In this document: in pieces, positions 1-9,169 of the stretch
Numbering within the stretch: the first letter of the stretch is position 1
How the letters are laid out: the number at the start of each line of letters is the position of its first letter
From: Cyclobacteriaceae bacterium
Lineage (GTDB): Bacteria; Bacteroidota; Bacteroidia; Cytophagales; Cyclobacteriaceae
Direction: 5' to 3'
DNA: 44,637 bases
Assembly (NCBI GenBank): GCA_029882675.1
Contig: JAOUKJ010000001.1
Span: 1 to 44,637 of the forward strand
The notes under the pieces: model-generated
The model's input: only the letters and a program-made list of their open reading frames with translations
Told to the model about the DNA's origin: nothing
Databases searched by the model: none
Program-made: the position numbers and the translations under genes

Positions 1-44
1 CGTTTTTTTAAGTTGTTCTTCCATTGTTATGTTGTTTGAAGTTT

Positions 45-69
45 ATAAAAGTACTTTGTATTTCAAAGT
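45..69 (-). promoter_or_regulatory. Candidate operator/promoter (site B): ATAAAAGTACTTTGTA followed by palindrome ACTTTG-N5-CAAAGT
   Basis: The 16-nt string at 45-60 is identical to 1029-1044. The inverted repeat is ACTTTG (53-58) / CAAAGT (64-69). It lies upstream of a minus-strand ATG at 24-22, whose ORF (MEEQLKKT...) leaves the window. On the minus strand it contains TACTTTTA, one mismatch from TAnnTTTG. Confidence 0.45.
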
Positions 70-84
70 TAATGGGTAAAAAAA

Positions 85-399
85 TTATTCATCGGGTTTC
101 ATTTGCTGGCTGGAAATAAGTTTTTCCAGTGCGTTTAAGTGGTTTTCAAAGGCTTTTCGCCCGGTCGGGGTGGTCTGATAACTTGTGTTTGGTTTCCGGC
201 CAATAAACGTTTTATTCACCAGGATAAAATCTTCTTTCTCAAGCGCTTTGAGGTGGCTGGCCAGGTTGCCATCGGTAATATCCAGAAGGTCTTTCATGCT
301 GTTGAAATCCATGCGTTCGTTCACCATCAGTGCCGACATGATTCCCAGACGTACCCGGTTGTCAAAGGCCTTGTGCAGGTTTTCTATTATCCCTTTCAC
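85..399 (-). CDS. Small winged-helix DNA-binding transcriptional regulator (HTH_34/ArsR-like fold)
   Basis: 104-aa ORF. The motif pattern RLGIMSAL...F..MKDLL.ITDGNL..HLKALEK..FI...K.F.GRKP.T.Y..T..GR.AF..HL..LE is typical of small wHTH regulators. Its start overlaps the stop of the upstream membrane gene by 4 nt. Confidence 0.75.
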   Translation of the reverse strand: MKGIIENLHKAFDNRVRLGIMSALMVNERMDFNSMKDLLDITDGNLASHLKALEKEDFILVNKTFIGRKPNTSYQTTPTGRKAFENHLNALEKLISSQQMKPDE

Positions 400-1016
400 C
401 TGTCGTATTTTAAGTACATGACCAACCCGTAGAATATATGGAGCACCCCAAATCCAAAGGCCCAGAAAAACAAACCATATCCGGGCAACAGCGCGGCTAC
501 CAGTCCCAGTATGATTTCTGAAATACCCAGGTATCTGACGTCCCGCACCGTGTGATTGCTGGCATTGATCAATGCCATGCCATAAAAGATGAGGATGAGC
601 GGTGATATAAGTGAGAAAAACCCCCTCCAGAAAATAATAATGATAAAAAGACCACCTGCCACAAGGGGGAGAAACAGGTTGAGGAGCAGTCTTTTAGATG
701 TCTTGTCCCATATTTTCTGTCCATTTTTGAGGGCTTTTCTGTAAGTGAGATACATGCCGGTAGCCACTGCAAGTGCCAGCACCACTACTGCATCCAGTAC
801 CAAAAACGTGATGCCCCCTGACAGTTCGTGGGCCCGGATGGAGTCGTACAGTACGTAAGGCGATTTGTAGATAATGTGATAGGCAATAAAGGCACCAATG
901 AGCGCATAAATACCTGCCATTACTCCAGACAGGCCACTGAGTGATATAAACCGGGCCGACCGTTCCATGATCGACCGGATTTCCGTAAGGTCTTTGAGGT
1001 ACTCCTGTTCTTTCAT
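396..1016 (-). CDS. Integral membrane protein of unknown function (about 6 predicted TM helices)
   Basis: 206-aa ORF with a short charged N-terminus followed by six hydrophobic stretches. It is the first gene of a two-gene unit with the wHTH regulator (4-nt overlap at 396-399). I recognise no catalytic motif. Confidence 0.7.
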   Translation of the reverse strand: MKEQEYLKDLTEIRSIMERSARFISLSGLSGVMAGIYALIGAFIAYHIIYKSPYVLYDSIRAHELSGGITFLVLDAVVVLALAVATGMYLTYRKALKNGQKIWDKTSKRLLLNLFLPLVAGGLFIIIIFWRGFFSLISPLILIFYGMALINASNHTVRDVRYLGISEIILGLVAALLPGYGLFFWAFGFGVLHIFYGLVMYLKYDR

Positions 1017-1028
1017 GGAGCAAATAAA

Positions 1029-1053
1029 ATAAAAGTACTTTGTAAAACAAAGT
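1029..1053 (-). promoter_or_regulatory. Candidate operator/promoter (site A): ATAAAAGTACTTTGTA followed by palindrome ACTTTG-N5-CAAAGT
   Basis: The same 16-nt string as at 45-60. The inverted repeat is ACTTTG (1037-1042) / CAAAGT (1048-1053). It starts 13 nt upstream of the membrane-protein start codon at 1016. Confidence 0.5.
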
Positions 1054-1098
1054 ATAAATTAAAAAAAATAAAGAAGAGGATCTGTTCAAAACTATTCC

Positions 1099-1114
1099 CC
1101 CACTTCCCCCCACT
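1099..1114 (-). promoter_or_regulatory. Two AGTGGG boxes (minus-strand sense) spaced 10 bp apart; possible auxiliary MraZ site
   Basis: The plus strand reads CCCACT at 1099-1104 and 1109-1114. The reverse complement is AGTGGGGGGAAGTGGGGG. Confidence 0.35.
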
Positions 1115-1240
1115 AACTCCGAAATTCCCATTAAAGCATCTTTAACCGTTCTTGAGGTCTGTTTTAGGCCGGTTTGGAGGTGTGATTAAGGTGTGTCACA
1201 ACCGCCCCTAAATCTTACATGTGTGCATAAAATGTCAAAA

Positions 1241-1275
1241 AGTGGAAAAAAGTGGGAGAAAGTGGTTGAAAATGG
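1241..1275 (+). promoter_or_regulatory. Putative MraZ operator: four direct AGTGG/AATGG boxes with exact 10-bp phasing
   Basis: AGTGG occurs at 1241, 1251 and 1261, and AATGG at 1271, each preceded by an A-rich spacer. This resembles the GTGGG-N5 and AAAGTG[G/T] repeats described for MraZ. The boxes lie immediately upstream of the mraZ -7 box. Confidence 0.6.
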
Positions 1276-1287
1276 AAAATTAATTCT

Positions 1288-1295
1288 TATGTTTG
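1288..1295 (+). promoter_or_regulatory. Bacteroidota-type -7 promoter box TATGTTTG for the dcw operon
   Basis: Exact match to TAnnTTTG, 28 nt upstream of the mraZ ATG. Confidence 0.5.
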
Positions 1296-1323
1296 CTTAT
1301 TGAAGTAGCGTACACTAGCCGAC

Positions 1324-1767
1324 ATGACTTTTTTTACCAGCGAATATGAATGCAAATTGGATGCGAAGGGGCGTTTGGTACTACCAGCCCGTATAAAGTC
1401 CAATCTACCCGGTGCCTCTGGCAACGAGCTGGTCATTCAGCGGGGTTTTGACCCGTGCCTGATTCTCTACCCCATGGTGGAATTCAACAAGATCTATTCA
1501 AAAATTGCCGGCTTAAGCGAATTCAATGAAGAATACAGGAAGTTTCAGCGTAATTTCTTTAGGGGAAGTTCTACAGTAGAACTCGATGCCAACGCAAGGC
1601 TTCTTGTTCCCAAACCCATGTTGCAATACGCCCAATTAAAGAAGGAAGTGATTGTAATCGGCATGGGCAACAAAATTGAAATATGGAACCCGGAATTATA
1701 TAATCAGCAGTTGATAGACGATCCTGCTGAATTTTCGGACATGGCCAGAAAATTACTGGACGAATAG
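1324..1767 (+). CDS. mraZ: Transcriptional regulator MraZ
   Basis: 147 aa. The N-terminus ...YECKLDAKGRLVLPARIK and the second half-domain VELDANARLLVPKPM are the duplicated MraZ/SpoVT-AbrB motifs. It is the first gene of the dcw cluster. Confidence 0.95.
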   Translation: MTFFTSEYECKLDAKGRLVLPARIKSNLPGASGNELVIQRGFDPCLILYPMVEFNKIYSKIAGLSEFNEEYRKFQRNFFRGSSTVELDANARLLVPKPMLQYAQLKKEVIVIGMGNKIEIWNPELYNQQLIDDPAEFSDMARKLLDE

Positions 1768-1775
1768 CTAGAGGT

Positions 1776-2678
1776 ATGGATTATCATATACCGGTACTGT
1801 TGAAAGAGACTATTGAAGGCCTGGCCCTGAAAACGGGAGGTACTTATGTGGATGTTACATTTGGTGGAGGTGGCCATAGCCGGGAAATACTCTCAAGGTT
1901 GAAAGAGGGGAGGTTGTTTGGATTTGATCAGGATGAAGACGCAGCGCTTCAGTCCAGAAAAATAGAAGAACGTTCTTTTACATTTATTCAGGCCAATTTC
2001 AGGCACATCAAAAAATTTTTAAGGTTGTATGGTGTGAAAGAGGTTGATGGGATACTCGCCGATTTAGGCATTTCATCCCACCAGATCGATGAGCCTGAGC
2101 GGGGGTTTTCAACACGTTTTGACCATGTTTTAGATATGCGCATGGATCGATCGGGGCCAATCACGGCCCGGGAAGTCTTGAATACTTATCCTGAAAAAGA
2201 GTTGGTAGATATTTTTAGCCGGTATGGCGAGGTGCGGAATGCCCGAACCCTGGCGGCAGAAATTATTCGTGCAAGGGCATTGGGTGAAATAAAAACCACC
2301 GGTGGATTCAGGGAACTGCTGGATCGCGTGGCTCCCCGGGGAGCGGAATTTAAATATTACGCCCGGGTGTTTCAGGCTTTGCGAATTGAGGTGAATGATG
2401 AGATTGGAGCATTGAAGTCGTTTTTAGACCAAGCGCTTGAAGTACTAAAGCCCGGGGGAAGATTGGTCGTGATTTCATACCATTCACTTGAAGACAGACT
2501 GGTAAAGAACCTGATTCGAAAGGGAAATACAGAAGGAATAGAGGAAAAGGATTTTTATGGAAATACCAATAAACCACTTATAGCAATAAATAAAAAGCCT
2601 ATTGCTGCAGGTGAAGAGGAGATAAAGCAAAACAGCCGGGCGCGCAGCGCACGGTTAAGGATAGCGGAAAAAATATAA
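1776..2678 (+). CDS. rsmH: 16S rRNA (cytosine1402-N4)-methyltransferase RsmH
   Basis: 300 aa with HIPVLL, DVTFGGGGHS, DLGISSHQID and ISYHSLEDR motifs. Confidence 0.95.
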   Translation: MDYHIPVLLKETIEGLALKTGGTYVDVTFGGGGHSREILSRLKEGRLFGFDQDEDAALQSRKIEERSFTFIQANFRHIKKFLRLYGVKEVDGILADLGISSHQIDEPERGFSTRFDHVLDMRMDRSGPITAREVLNTYPEKELVDIFSRYGEVRNARTLAAEIIRARALGEIKTTGGFRELLDRVAPRGAEFKYYARVFQALRIEVNDEIGALKSFLDQALEVLKPGGRLVVISYHSLEDRLVKNLIRKGNTEGIEEKDFYGNTNKPLIAINKKPIAAGEEEIKQNSRARSARLRIAEKI

Positions 2679-3052
2679 TGAAAGAAAATACGCTAAAAAC
2701 GGGAATGAAAAGAGGTGAGGGGAGGGGGTTTTTTCAAAAAGTGGAAAAACTGCTGGCGCTCAACGGGATGCTTGATTTTGGCTTTCCTGTAAAATACCTG
2801 CCCCATATATTCTTCCTTTTTTTATTGGCCCTAATTTATATAGGAAACAGCCATTATTCGGAAAAGACCATTCGGAAAATAAACTGGCTGGAGGCGGAAG
2901 TGGAAGACCTTAGGGCAGATTATACTACACTGAAAGCGGAGTATATGCTTTCGGGTAAGCAGTCGGAAGTAGCTGAAAAAGTAAAAGACAGGGGATTGAA
3001 AGAGAGTTTACAACCACCATATAAAATAGTAATCGATAAGCGTGAACATTAA
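2678..3052 (+). CDS. FtsL-like cell division protein (single TM plus coiled coil)
   Basis: 124 aa with one TM segment followed by a heptad-like region (WLEAEVEDLRADYTTLKAEY). It sits between rsmH and ftsI. Its start overlaps the rsmH stop (TAATG). Confidence 0.7.
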   Translation: MKENTLKTGMKRGEGRGFFQKVEKLLALNGMLDFGFPVKYLPHIFFLFLLALIYIGNSHYSEKTIRKINWLEAEVEDLRADYTTLKAEYMLSGKQSEVAEKVKDRGLKESLQPPYKIVIDKREH

Positions 3053-5132
3053 GCGACACATATTACTTCGGGTACGGGTGGCATTTGTATTGATGTTTAT
3101 CTTCGCTGTGGCTATTGTAGCGAAGATTGTAATCATACAGTTTGTGCAAGGGGAGGCGTGGAAAGAAAAGGCCCGGAAGATTACCTACCAGTACCGACCG
3201 GTAAAGGCTACTCGTGGCAATATTTACTCAGACAACGGCAGTCTGCTGGCCACTTCGCTACCATTTTATAAGGTTGCTTTTGACCCCACTGTTCCCTCAA
3301 AGGGGACTTTCGATCAGGGAATTGACTCACTTTCCATATACCTCAGTAAGTATTTTCATGAGAAATCGGCCGCTCAATACAAGAACATGATGATTGATGC
3401 CAGGGAGCAAAATCGCCGGTATTTAATGGTTAGCAGGCGATTAATCAATTACCATGTCAAAAAGGAAGTAGCTTCCTGGCCCATATTTCGTGAAGGAAGG
3501 TATGGTGGAGGAGTGATATTCGAAAGAGTAGATAAGCGCTTTCAGCCTTTTGAGAACCTGAGTAAACGTACGGTTGGTTTTATCAATGAAAACGAACGCG
3601 GTGCGGGACTTGAATATAGTTTTAATGATATTCTGTCCGGGCAGGACGGGGAGGCTATGTTCCAAAAGATTTCCGGAAGTAACTGGAAGCCTGTTTTTGA
3701 CGGGACGGAGATAAGGACAATAGATGGTGATGATATCGAAACAACGATTGATGTCAATTTGCAGGATGTGGCTGAGACCGCACTGGAAAAAGCCCTTCGG
3801 GGTCATGAAGCGGATTTTGGGCTGGTGGTTGTGATGGAAGTGGAAACTGGTGAAATTAAGGCGATGTCAAACCTGACAAGGGTAGGCAATGGGTATCGTG
3901 AAACATACAACTATGCCGTTGGGAGTGTAATGGAGCCGGGTTCGACCATCAAGTTGGCCACGGCACTCGCCTTGATGGAAGAGACACCACTCAGGCTTAC
4001 CGACATCATAGATACGGGCGATGGCTCTTATAAGATTTACAATTCCACCGTAAGAGACCACCATGAAGGGGGTTGGGGAAAGCTGTCCTTTAAAGAGGCC
4101 TTCGAAAAATCTTCCAATGTGGCAATGGTCAAGTTGGTCGATAAGCATTTTGGGCTGGATCCCAATCGTTTTTTGAGCTACCTGGACAAATTACACCTCA
4201 CACACTCTTTAAATTTTCAAATTATGGGAGGCGGTGTTCCAAAAATACCACGTCCCGAGCAGAATGGATGGAGTGGAATTACGCTTCCCTGGATGGCACA
4301 TGGCTATGGGCTGGAAGTGACACCATTGCACATTCTCACATTGTTCAATGCTGTGGCTAACAATGGGAAAATGATCCGCCCGATTATTGTACGCTCAATG
4401 GGGAAAGCCGATCGTGTGCGACAGGAATATAAAGCTGAAGTGCTCGAAGAAAATATTTGCTCCCGGGAAACACTTGCTCGTATAAGGCAATTGTTGGAAG
4501 GGGTGGTTGAAAATGGAACAGCAAGTAATGTGAAAGGAACACATTATAGAATTGCCGGTAAAACGGGCACTGCCCAACTACTGAAAAATGGCCGCTATAC
4601 CAATAGGTATATGACTTCTTTTGCCGGATATTTCCCGGCAGGCAACCCAAAGTACAGCGCTATTGTGGTGGTGCGAAATCCAAAAGGGTGGCGTCAGTAC
4701 GGCAGTAACGTAGCAGCACCGGTATTCAAGGAAATAGCAGATAATATTTATTCCCGCGACCTCGAGTTACACGGATCCTTTGTCGAGGAAATTACGGATG
4801 TTCCAATGGGGGTATTCCCGGTTATTCAGGCTGGAAACCGTGAAGAACTTTCCTTCATATGCAATGAGTTGGGTGTTTCAAACCACACCGTTGATAATGA
4901 AAAGTGGGTGAAGACAAAAATAAATGGAAATGCGGTGCAGTGGCATAGCAAGGAGGTGAAGCCGGGTATCGTGCCGGACGTCAGGGGAATGACCTTGCGT
5001 GATGCTATTTATTTGCTGGAGACAGCAGGTATGCGCATTTCACATCGCGGAATAGGAAGGGTGGAAGAGCAATCTGTTCAGCCCAATGCTAAAGTAAAAA
5101 AAGGTGAACTGGTCATTTTAAGCCTTGGATAA
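3042..5132 (+). CDS. ftsI: Division transpeptidase FtsI (class B PBP) with C-terminal PASTA domain
   Basis: 696 aa with an N-terminal TM anchor. Transpeptidase motifs are STIK, SSN and KTGT. The C-terminal VPDVRGMTLRDAIYLLETAGMRI...VKKGELVILSLG is PASTA-like. A GTG start overlaps ftsL by 11 nt. Confidence 0.9.
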   Translation: MNIKRHILLRVRVAFVLMFIFAVAIVAKIVIIQFVQGEAWKEKARKITYQYRPVKATRGNIYSDNGSLLATSLPFYKVAFDPTVPSKGTFDQGIDSLSIYLSKYFHEKSAAQYKNMMIDAREQNRRYLMVSRRLINYHVKKEVASWPIFREGRYGGGVIFERVDKRFQPFENLSKRTVGFINENERGAGLEYSFNDILSGQDGEAMFQKISGSNWKPVFDGTEIRTIDGDDIETTIDVNLQDVAETALEKALRGHEADFGLVVVMEVETGEIKAMSNLTRVGNGYRETYNYAVGSVMEPGSTIKLATALALMEETPLRLTDIIDTGDGSYKIYNSTVRDHHEGGWGKLSFKEAFEKSSNVAMVKLVDKHFGLDPNRFLSYLDKLHLTHSLNFQIMGGGVPKIPRPEQNGWSGITLPWMAHGYGLEVTPLHILTLFNAVANNGKMIRPIIVRSMGKADRVRQEYKAEVLEENICSRETLARIRQLLEGVVENGTASNVKGTHYRIAGKTGTAQLLKNGRYTNRYMTSFAGYFPAGNPKYSAIVVVRNPKGWRQYGSNVAAPVFKEIADNIYSRDLELHGSFVEEITDVPMGVFPVIQAGNREELSFICNELGVSNHTVDNEKWVKTKINGNAVQWHSKEVKPGIVPDVRGMTLRDAIYLLETAGMRISHRGIGRVEEQSVQPNAKVKKGELVILSLG

Positions 5133-6596
5133 TTGATGAATTTAAAAGATATACTATATCGCGTTTCGATCACTGCCACACTGGGAGAAATGGACAGGGA
5201 AGTGAAAGATATTTCCTTTAACTCGAAAAGGGTAAGTAGGGGGTGCCTCTTTGTCGCAGTGAGTGGCCTGAAGCACGATGGGCATCAATATATTGATGAC
5301 GCAGTGCAATCGGGGGCAGAGGTGGTGATTTGTGAAAAAATACCAAAGACAACAGATGAAGACGTTACCTACGTCGCTGTTAAAAGTACGCCAAAGGCGC
5401 TCGGCATTTTGGCGGCGAATTATTATGATAACCCTTCTCAAAAACTGAAGCTGATCGGGATTACAGGTACAAATGGGAAAACGACTACAGCGACTTTACT
5501 TTATAATCTTTACATGGAACTGGGGTATCACTGTGGACTTATTTCAACGGTGATCAATAAAATTGCCGGAAGAGAGGTGCCGGCTTCCTACACGACACCC
5601 GATGCGCTGGCACTGAATGCATTACTTGCAGAGATGGTGCAAGAGGGAATATCTCATTGTTTTATGGAGGTGAGTTCCCATGCATTGGAGCAGTCCCGGG
5701 TAGAAGGAGTGACGTTTGCCGGGGCAGTTTTTACGAATATCTCACATGATCACCTCGATTACCATGGCTCTTTTGAGAATTATATCAAGGCCAAAAAGAA
5801 ATTATTTGATCAGCTCCCTGCTGCGGCTTTTGCAATTAGCAATACCGATGACAGGCGGGGAAGTATCATGTTGCAAAATACAAAGGCAGAGAAGCTAACC
5901 TATGCCCTCAAAAGTGTAGCGGACATCAAAGGCAGGATGCTGGCAAACACTTTAGAGGGAATTGAATTGGAGATAGCGGGGAAAGAGGTGTGGTTTAAGC
6001 TCATCGGAGGATTTAACAGCTATAATTTGTTGGCTGTTTATAGTGTCGCCGTGCAGATGGGAGAAGAAAGTGACGACGTACTTACCGCCTTATCCATGAG
6101 TGACGGGGTGAGTGGTCGGTTTGAGCGTGTTGGTTCTTCAAGTGGAATTTTAGGGATTGTTGATTATTCACATACTCCTGATGCACTTGACAATGCACTA
6201 AAAACAATTGAAGAGGTCAGGACAAAAAATGAACAACTTATTACCATAGTGGGGTGTGGAGGTAACAGAGATAAAGCCAAACGACCCATCATGGGTGATA
6301 TCGCTTGTAAATATAGCGACAAGGTAATATTTACTTCTGACAATCCGCGTGATGAAGATGCGCAGGCAATCATTGAAGAAATGGAATCAGGGCTTGATCC
6401 TGTAAGTATGCGCAAAGTGCTGAAAATTGTTGATCGGGAAGAGGCCATAAAGACCGGTTGTATGCTGGCAAAAGCCGGTGATATTATTCTGGTAGCGGGT
6501 AAAGGCCATGAAACATATCAGGAGATAAAAGGGGTGAAATACCCCTTCGATGACAGGGAAGTATTGGGTAGAATGTTAAACATGTTTTCAAACTAA
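5133..6596 (+). CDS. murE: UDP-N-acetylmuramoyl-L-alanyl-D-glutamate--2,6-diaminopimelate ligase MurE
   Basis: 487 aa with the P-loop [11 protein letters not shown] and Mur ligase middle and C-terminal domains, including the DNPR motif ([10 protein letters not shown]). The start is TTG at 5133 or ATG at 5136. Confidence 0.93.
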   Translation: MMNLKDILYRVSITATLGEMDREVKDISFNSKRVSRGCLFVAVSGLKHDGHQYIDDAVQSGAEVVICEKIPKTTDEDVTYVAVKSTPKALGILAANYYDNPSQKLKLIGITGTNGKTTTATLLYNLYMELGYHCGLISTVINKIAGREVPASYTTPDALALNALLAEMVQEGISHCFMEVSSHALEQSRVEGVTFAGAVFTNISHDHLDYHGSFENYIKAKKKLFDQLPAAAFAISNTDDRRGSIMLQNTKAEKLTYALKSVADIKGRMLANTLEGIELEIAGKEVWFKLIGGFNSYNLLAVYSVAVQMGEESDDVLTALSMSDGVSGRFERVGSSSGILGIVDYSHTPDALDNALKTIEEVRTKNEQLITIVGCGGNRDKAKRPIMGDIACKYSDKVIFTSDNPRDEDAQAIIEEMESGLDPVSMRKVLKIVDREEAIKTGCMLAKAGDIILVAGKGHETYQEIKGVKYPFDDREVLGRMLNMFSN

Positions 6597-6604
6597 AAGG
6601 ACAT

Positions 6605-7810
6605 ATGCTTTATTATTTATTCGAACATCTTGATAAGCACAACTTCCTGGGAGCAGGGGTGTTCCAGTATATTTCCTTTCGGGCGGGTATGGCAGCCGTA
6701 CTTTCACTGTTGATTACTATATTTTTTGGAAAATACCTGATCAATAAACTGCGGAAAAAGCAAATTGGTGAGGAAGTGCGGGATCTGGGATTGGAAGGCC
6801 AGATCGAGAAAAAAGGAACACCTACCATGGGCGGACTGATTATCATCGCAGCGATGGTCATTCCTACTTTATTGTTTGCACAGCTGGACAATATATATGT
6901 CATCCTTTTGCTGATCACCTCCCTTTGGCTGGGCCTCGTGGGATTTCTGGATGATTACATCAAGGTGTTTAAAAAGAACAAAGAGGGACTTGCAGGACGC
7001 TTCAAAATTGCCGGACAAGTATCCATTGGCCTGGTGGTGGGTCTAACCCTCTATTTTCATGATGATGTAGTAGTAAGGGATTATGATGATGCGATGCATA
7101 TTGAAAACAATGAAATGGTGCGGGGCTTTGAGGATGTTAAATCTACCAAAACAACAGTTCCCTTTTTGAAAGATAATGAGCTCGATTACGACGGAATTTT
7201 CCCATTTATTGGACATGATTTTACCTGGATTATATATGTGCTTATTGTCGTATTTATTGTTACGGCAGTGTCAAATGGAGCGAATATAACAGACGGAATA
7301 GATGGCCTGGCTGCGGGTACATCAGCTATCATCGGACTTACATTGGCCATATTCGCTTATGTTTCCGGACGTTATGATTTTAGTGGTTACTTAAATATCC
7401 TTCATATACCCAACCTGAGTGAACTTGTGATTTTTTGTACAGCCTTTGTGGGTGCCTGTTTGGGATTTTTATGGTATAATACATTCCCTGCTCAGGTTTT
7501 TATGGGCGATACGGGAAGCCTGTCATTGGGAGGGGTTATCGCCGTATTAGCGCTGGCTACCAGAAAAGAACTTATGATTCCATTGCTATGTGGGATATTC
7601 CTGATTGAAAACCTCTCGGTGATTGTGCAAGTAGGGTATTTTAAATACACGAAAAAGAGGTATGGTGAAGGGCGCCGGATATTACGTATGTCGCCTTTAC
7701 ATCATCATTATCAAAAAGCAGATATACATGAAAGTAAAATAGTTACACGGTTTTGGATTGTAGGAATACTCCTGGCTATTCTTAGCCTGGCTACATTGAA
7801 ATTGAGATAA
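6605..7810 (+). CDS. mraY: Phospho-N-acetylmuramoyl-pentapeptide transferase MraY
   Basis: 401 aa, polytopic, with GLDGLA-like [18 protein letters not shown] and PLHHH motifs. Confidence 0.95.
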   Translation: MLYYLFEHLDKHNFLGAGVFQYISFRAGMAAVLSLLITIFFGKYLINKLRKKQIGEEVRDLGLEGQIEKKGTPTMGGLIIIAAMVIPTLLFAQLDNIYVILLLITSLWLGLVGFLDDYIKVFKKNKEGLAGRFKIAGQVSIGLVVGLTLYFHDDVVVRDYDDAMHIENNEMVRGFEDVKSTKTTVPFLKDNELDYDGIFPFIGHDFTWIIYVLIVVFIVTAVSNGANITDGIDGLAAGTSAIIGLTLAIFAYVSGRYDFSGYLNILHIPNLSELVIFCTAFVGACLGFLWYNTFPAQVFMGDTGSLSLGGVIAVLALATRKELMIPLLCGIFLIENLSVIVQVGYFKYTKKRYGEGRRILRMSPLHHHYQKADIHESKIVTRFWIVGILLAILSLATLKLR

Positions 7811-9169
7811 ATGAATAAGGGACTTATAACCATATTGGGCGCAGGAGAAAGTGGAAAAGGTGCAGCACTGCTAGCATCAGCCAGGGGTTATCGGGTCTTT
7901 GTGTCGGATCATAAGGTGATTGATGCAGCGACAAAGTCTCTGTTTGTTGAAAATGGAATCGGTTTTGAAGAGAATGGTCATACGGAATCAACGATTTTGT
8001 CTTCAACTGAAGTGATTAAAAGTCCAGGGATACCTGAGGGTGTTCAGGTAGTGCAGCGATTAAAAGACGCAGGGGTACCTATCATTGATGAGCTTGAATT
8101 TGCATCGAGATATACTTCTGCCAAACTCATAACTGTAACAGGAACCAACGGTAAAACGACCACTACGCGGTTGATTGAGCACTTGTTGACCGCTTGTGGC
8201 ATAAATGCGCTGGCCGTGGGGAATATTGGAAATAGCCTGGCCGGATCACTTGCCCTGCAGGGAGACCGCGATGTCTTTGTCATTGAGGCCAGCAGCTTTC
8301 AGATCGATGGGTTTAAAGAAATCAGGCCTGATGTGAGTGTGATACTCAACATTACGCCTGACCACCTCGACCGCTATGGCAGTATGAAAGCCTATGCCGC
8401 AAGTAAATTACGGCTTGCGGACATGACTACAGGTGCCGTTGTTTATTTTGCAGATGATCAAATGATCGCAAATAGCCTGGATAGCCAACAGCTTAAGGCC
8501 CTTAAAATGAAAGTGTCTTTAAGTGAAAAGAAGGGTATGAATGGGTGGGTTTTTGAGAATGCTATAAATACGATATTCGGAGGACAGGAACTACAGGTTT
8601 CTTTTGAGGATATGAATATTAAAGGCCTTCACAATATGGTCAATGCAATGTCTGCGGTATTGGCCGTGAACTTCCTTGGGGTTGATCAAAATAAAATAAA
8701 AGAAGGAATAACTTCATTCAGGGGCATGCCTCATCGGTTTGAATTTGTGGCTACAATCAATGGCGTGGACTACATCAATGACAGCAAGGCAACGAATGTG
8801 GATGCTGTGAAATATGCACTGGATGCCCTTGATCGTCCGCTGGTGTGGATAGCTGGAGGTATAGATAAAGGCAATGATTATAAGGGTGTCATGTCATTGG
8901 TCAATGAGAAAGTAAAAGCGCTGATATGCCTGGGTAAGGACAATGTGAAATTACGTGATGCATTTCATGAAGAGATTTTAAGTATTCTGGAAACGACTTC
9001 TATGGAGGATGCTGTACAAAAATCCAGCGACCTGGCGCAATGGAATGACGTGGTGCTGTTGTCACCGGCCTGTGCAAGTTTTGATCTTTTTCAAAACTAC
9101 GAGGATCGGGGAAATCAGTTTAAGAATGCAGTAATGAAATTAAAAGAAAAAAGAATATTAGTGCTATGA
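7811..9169 (+). CDS. murD: UDP-N-acetylmuramoylalanine--D-glutamate ligase MurD
   Basis: 452 aa with an N-terminal GxGxSG Rossmann motif, the [11 protein letters not shown]-loop and the Mur ligase fold. It starts immediately after the mraY stop. Confidence 0.93.
   Translation: MNKGLITILGAGESGKGAALLASARGYRVFVSDHKVIDAATKSLFVENGIGFEENGHTESTILSSTEVIKSPGIPEGVQVVQRLKDAGVPIIDELEFASRYTSAKLITVTGTNGKTTTTRLIEHLLTACGINALAVGNIGNSLAGSLALQGDRDVFVIEASSFQIDGFKEIRPDVSVILNITPDHLDRYGSMKAYAASKLRLADMTTGAVVYFADDQMIANSLDSQQLKALKMKVSLSEKKGMNGWVFENAINTIFGGQELQVSFEDMNIKGLHNMVNAMSAVLAVNFLGVDQNKIKEGITSFRGMPHRFEFVATINGVDYINDSKATNVDAVKYALDALDRPLVWIAGGIDKGNDYKGVMSLVNEKVKALICLGKDNVKLRDAFHEEILSILETTSMEDAVQKSSDLAQWNDVVLLSPACASFDLFQNYEDRGNQFKNAVMKLKEKRILVL

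Noticed and set aside
694-1131. 145-aa ORF overlapping the membrane-protein gene in another frame and extending into the spacer.
   Set aside because: The 396-1016 frame gives six clean TM helices and a coupled stop/start with the regulator. The alternative frame has no such features.
1170-1200. TGTGA-N10-TCACA and TGTG-T-CACA palindromes in the mraZ upstream spacer (CRP/FNR-like).
   Set aside because: The spacing does not fit TGTGA-N6-TCACA, the arms are only 4-5 bp, and such matches are expected by chance.
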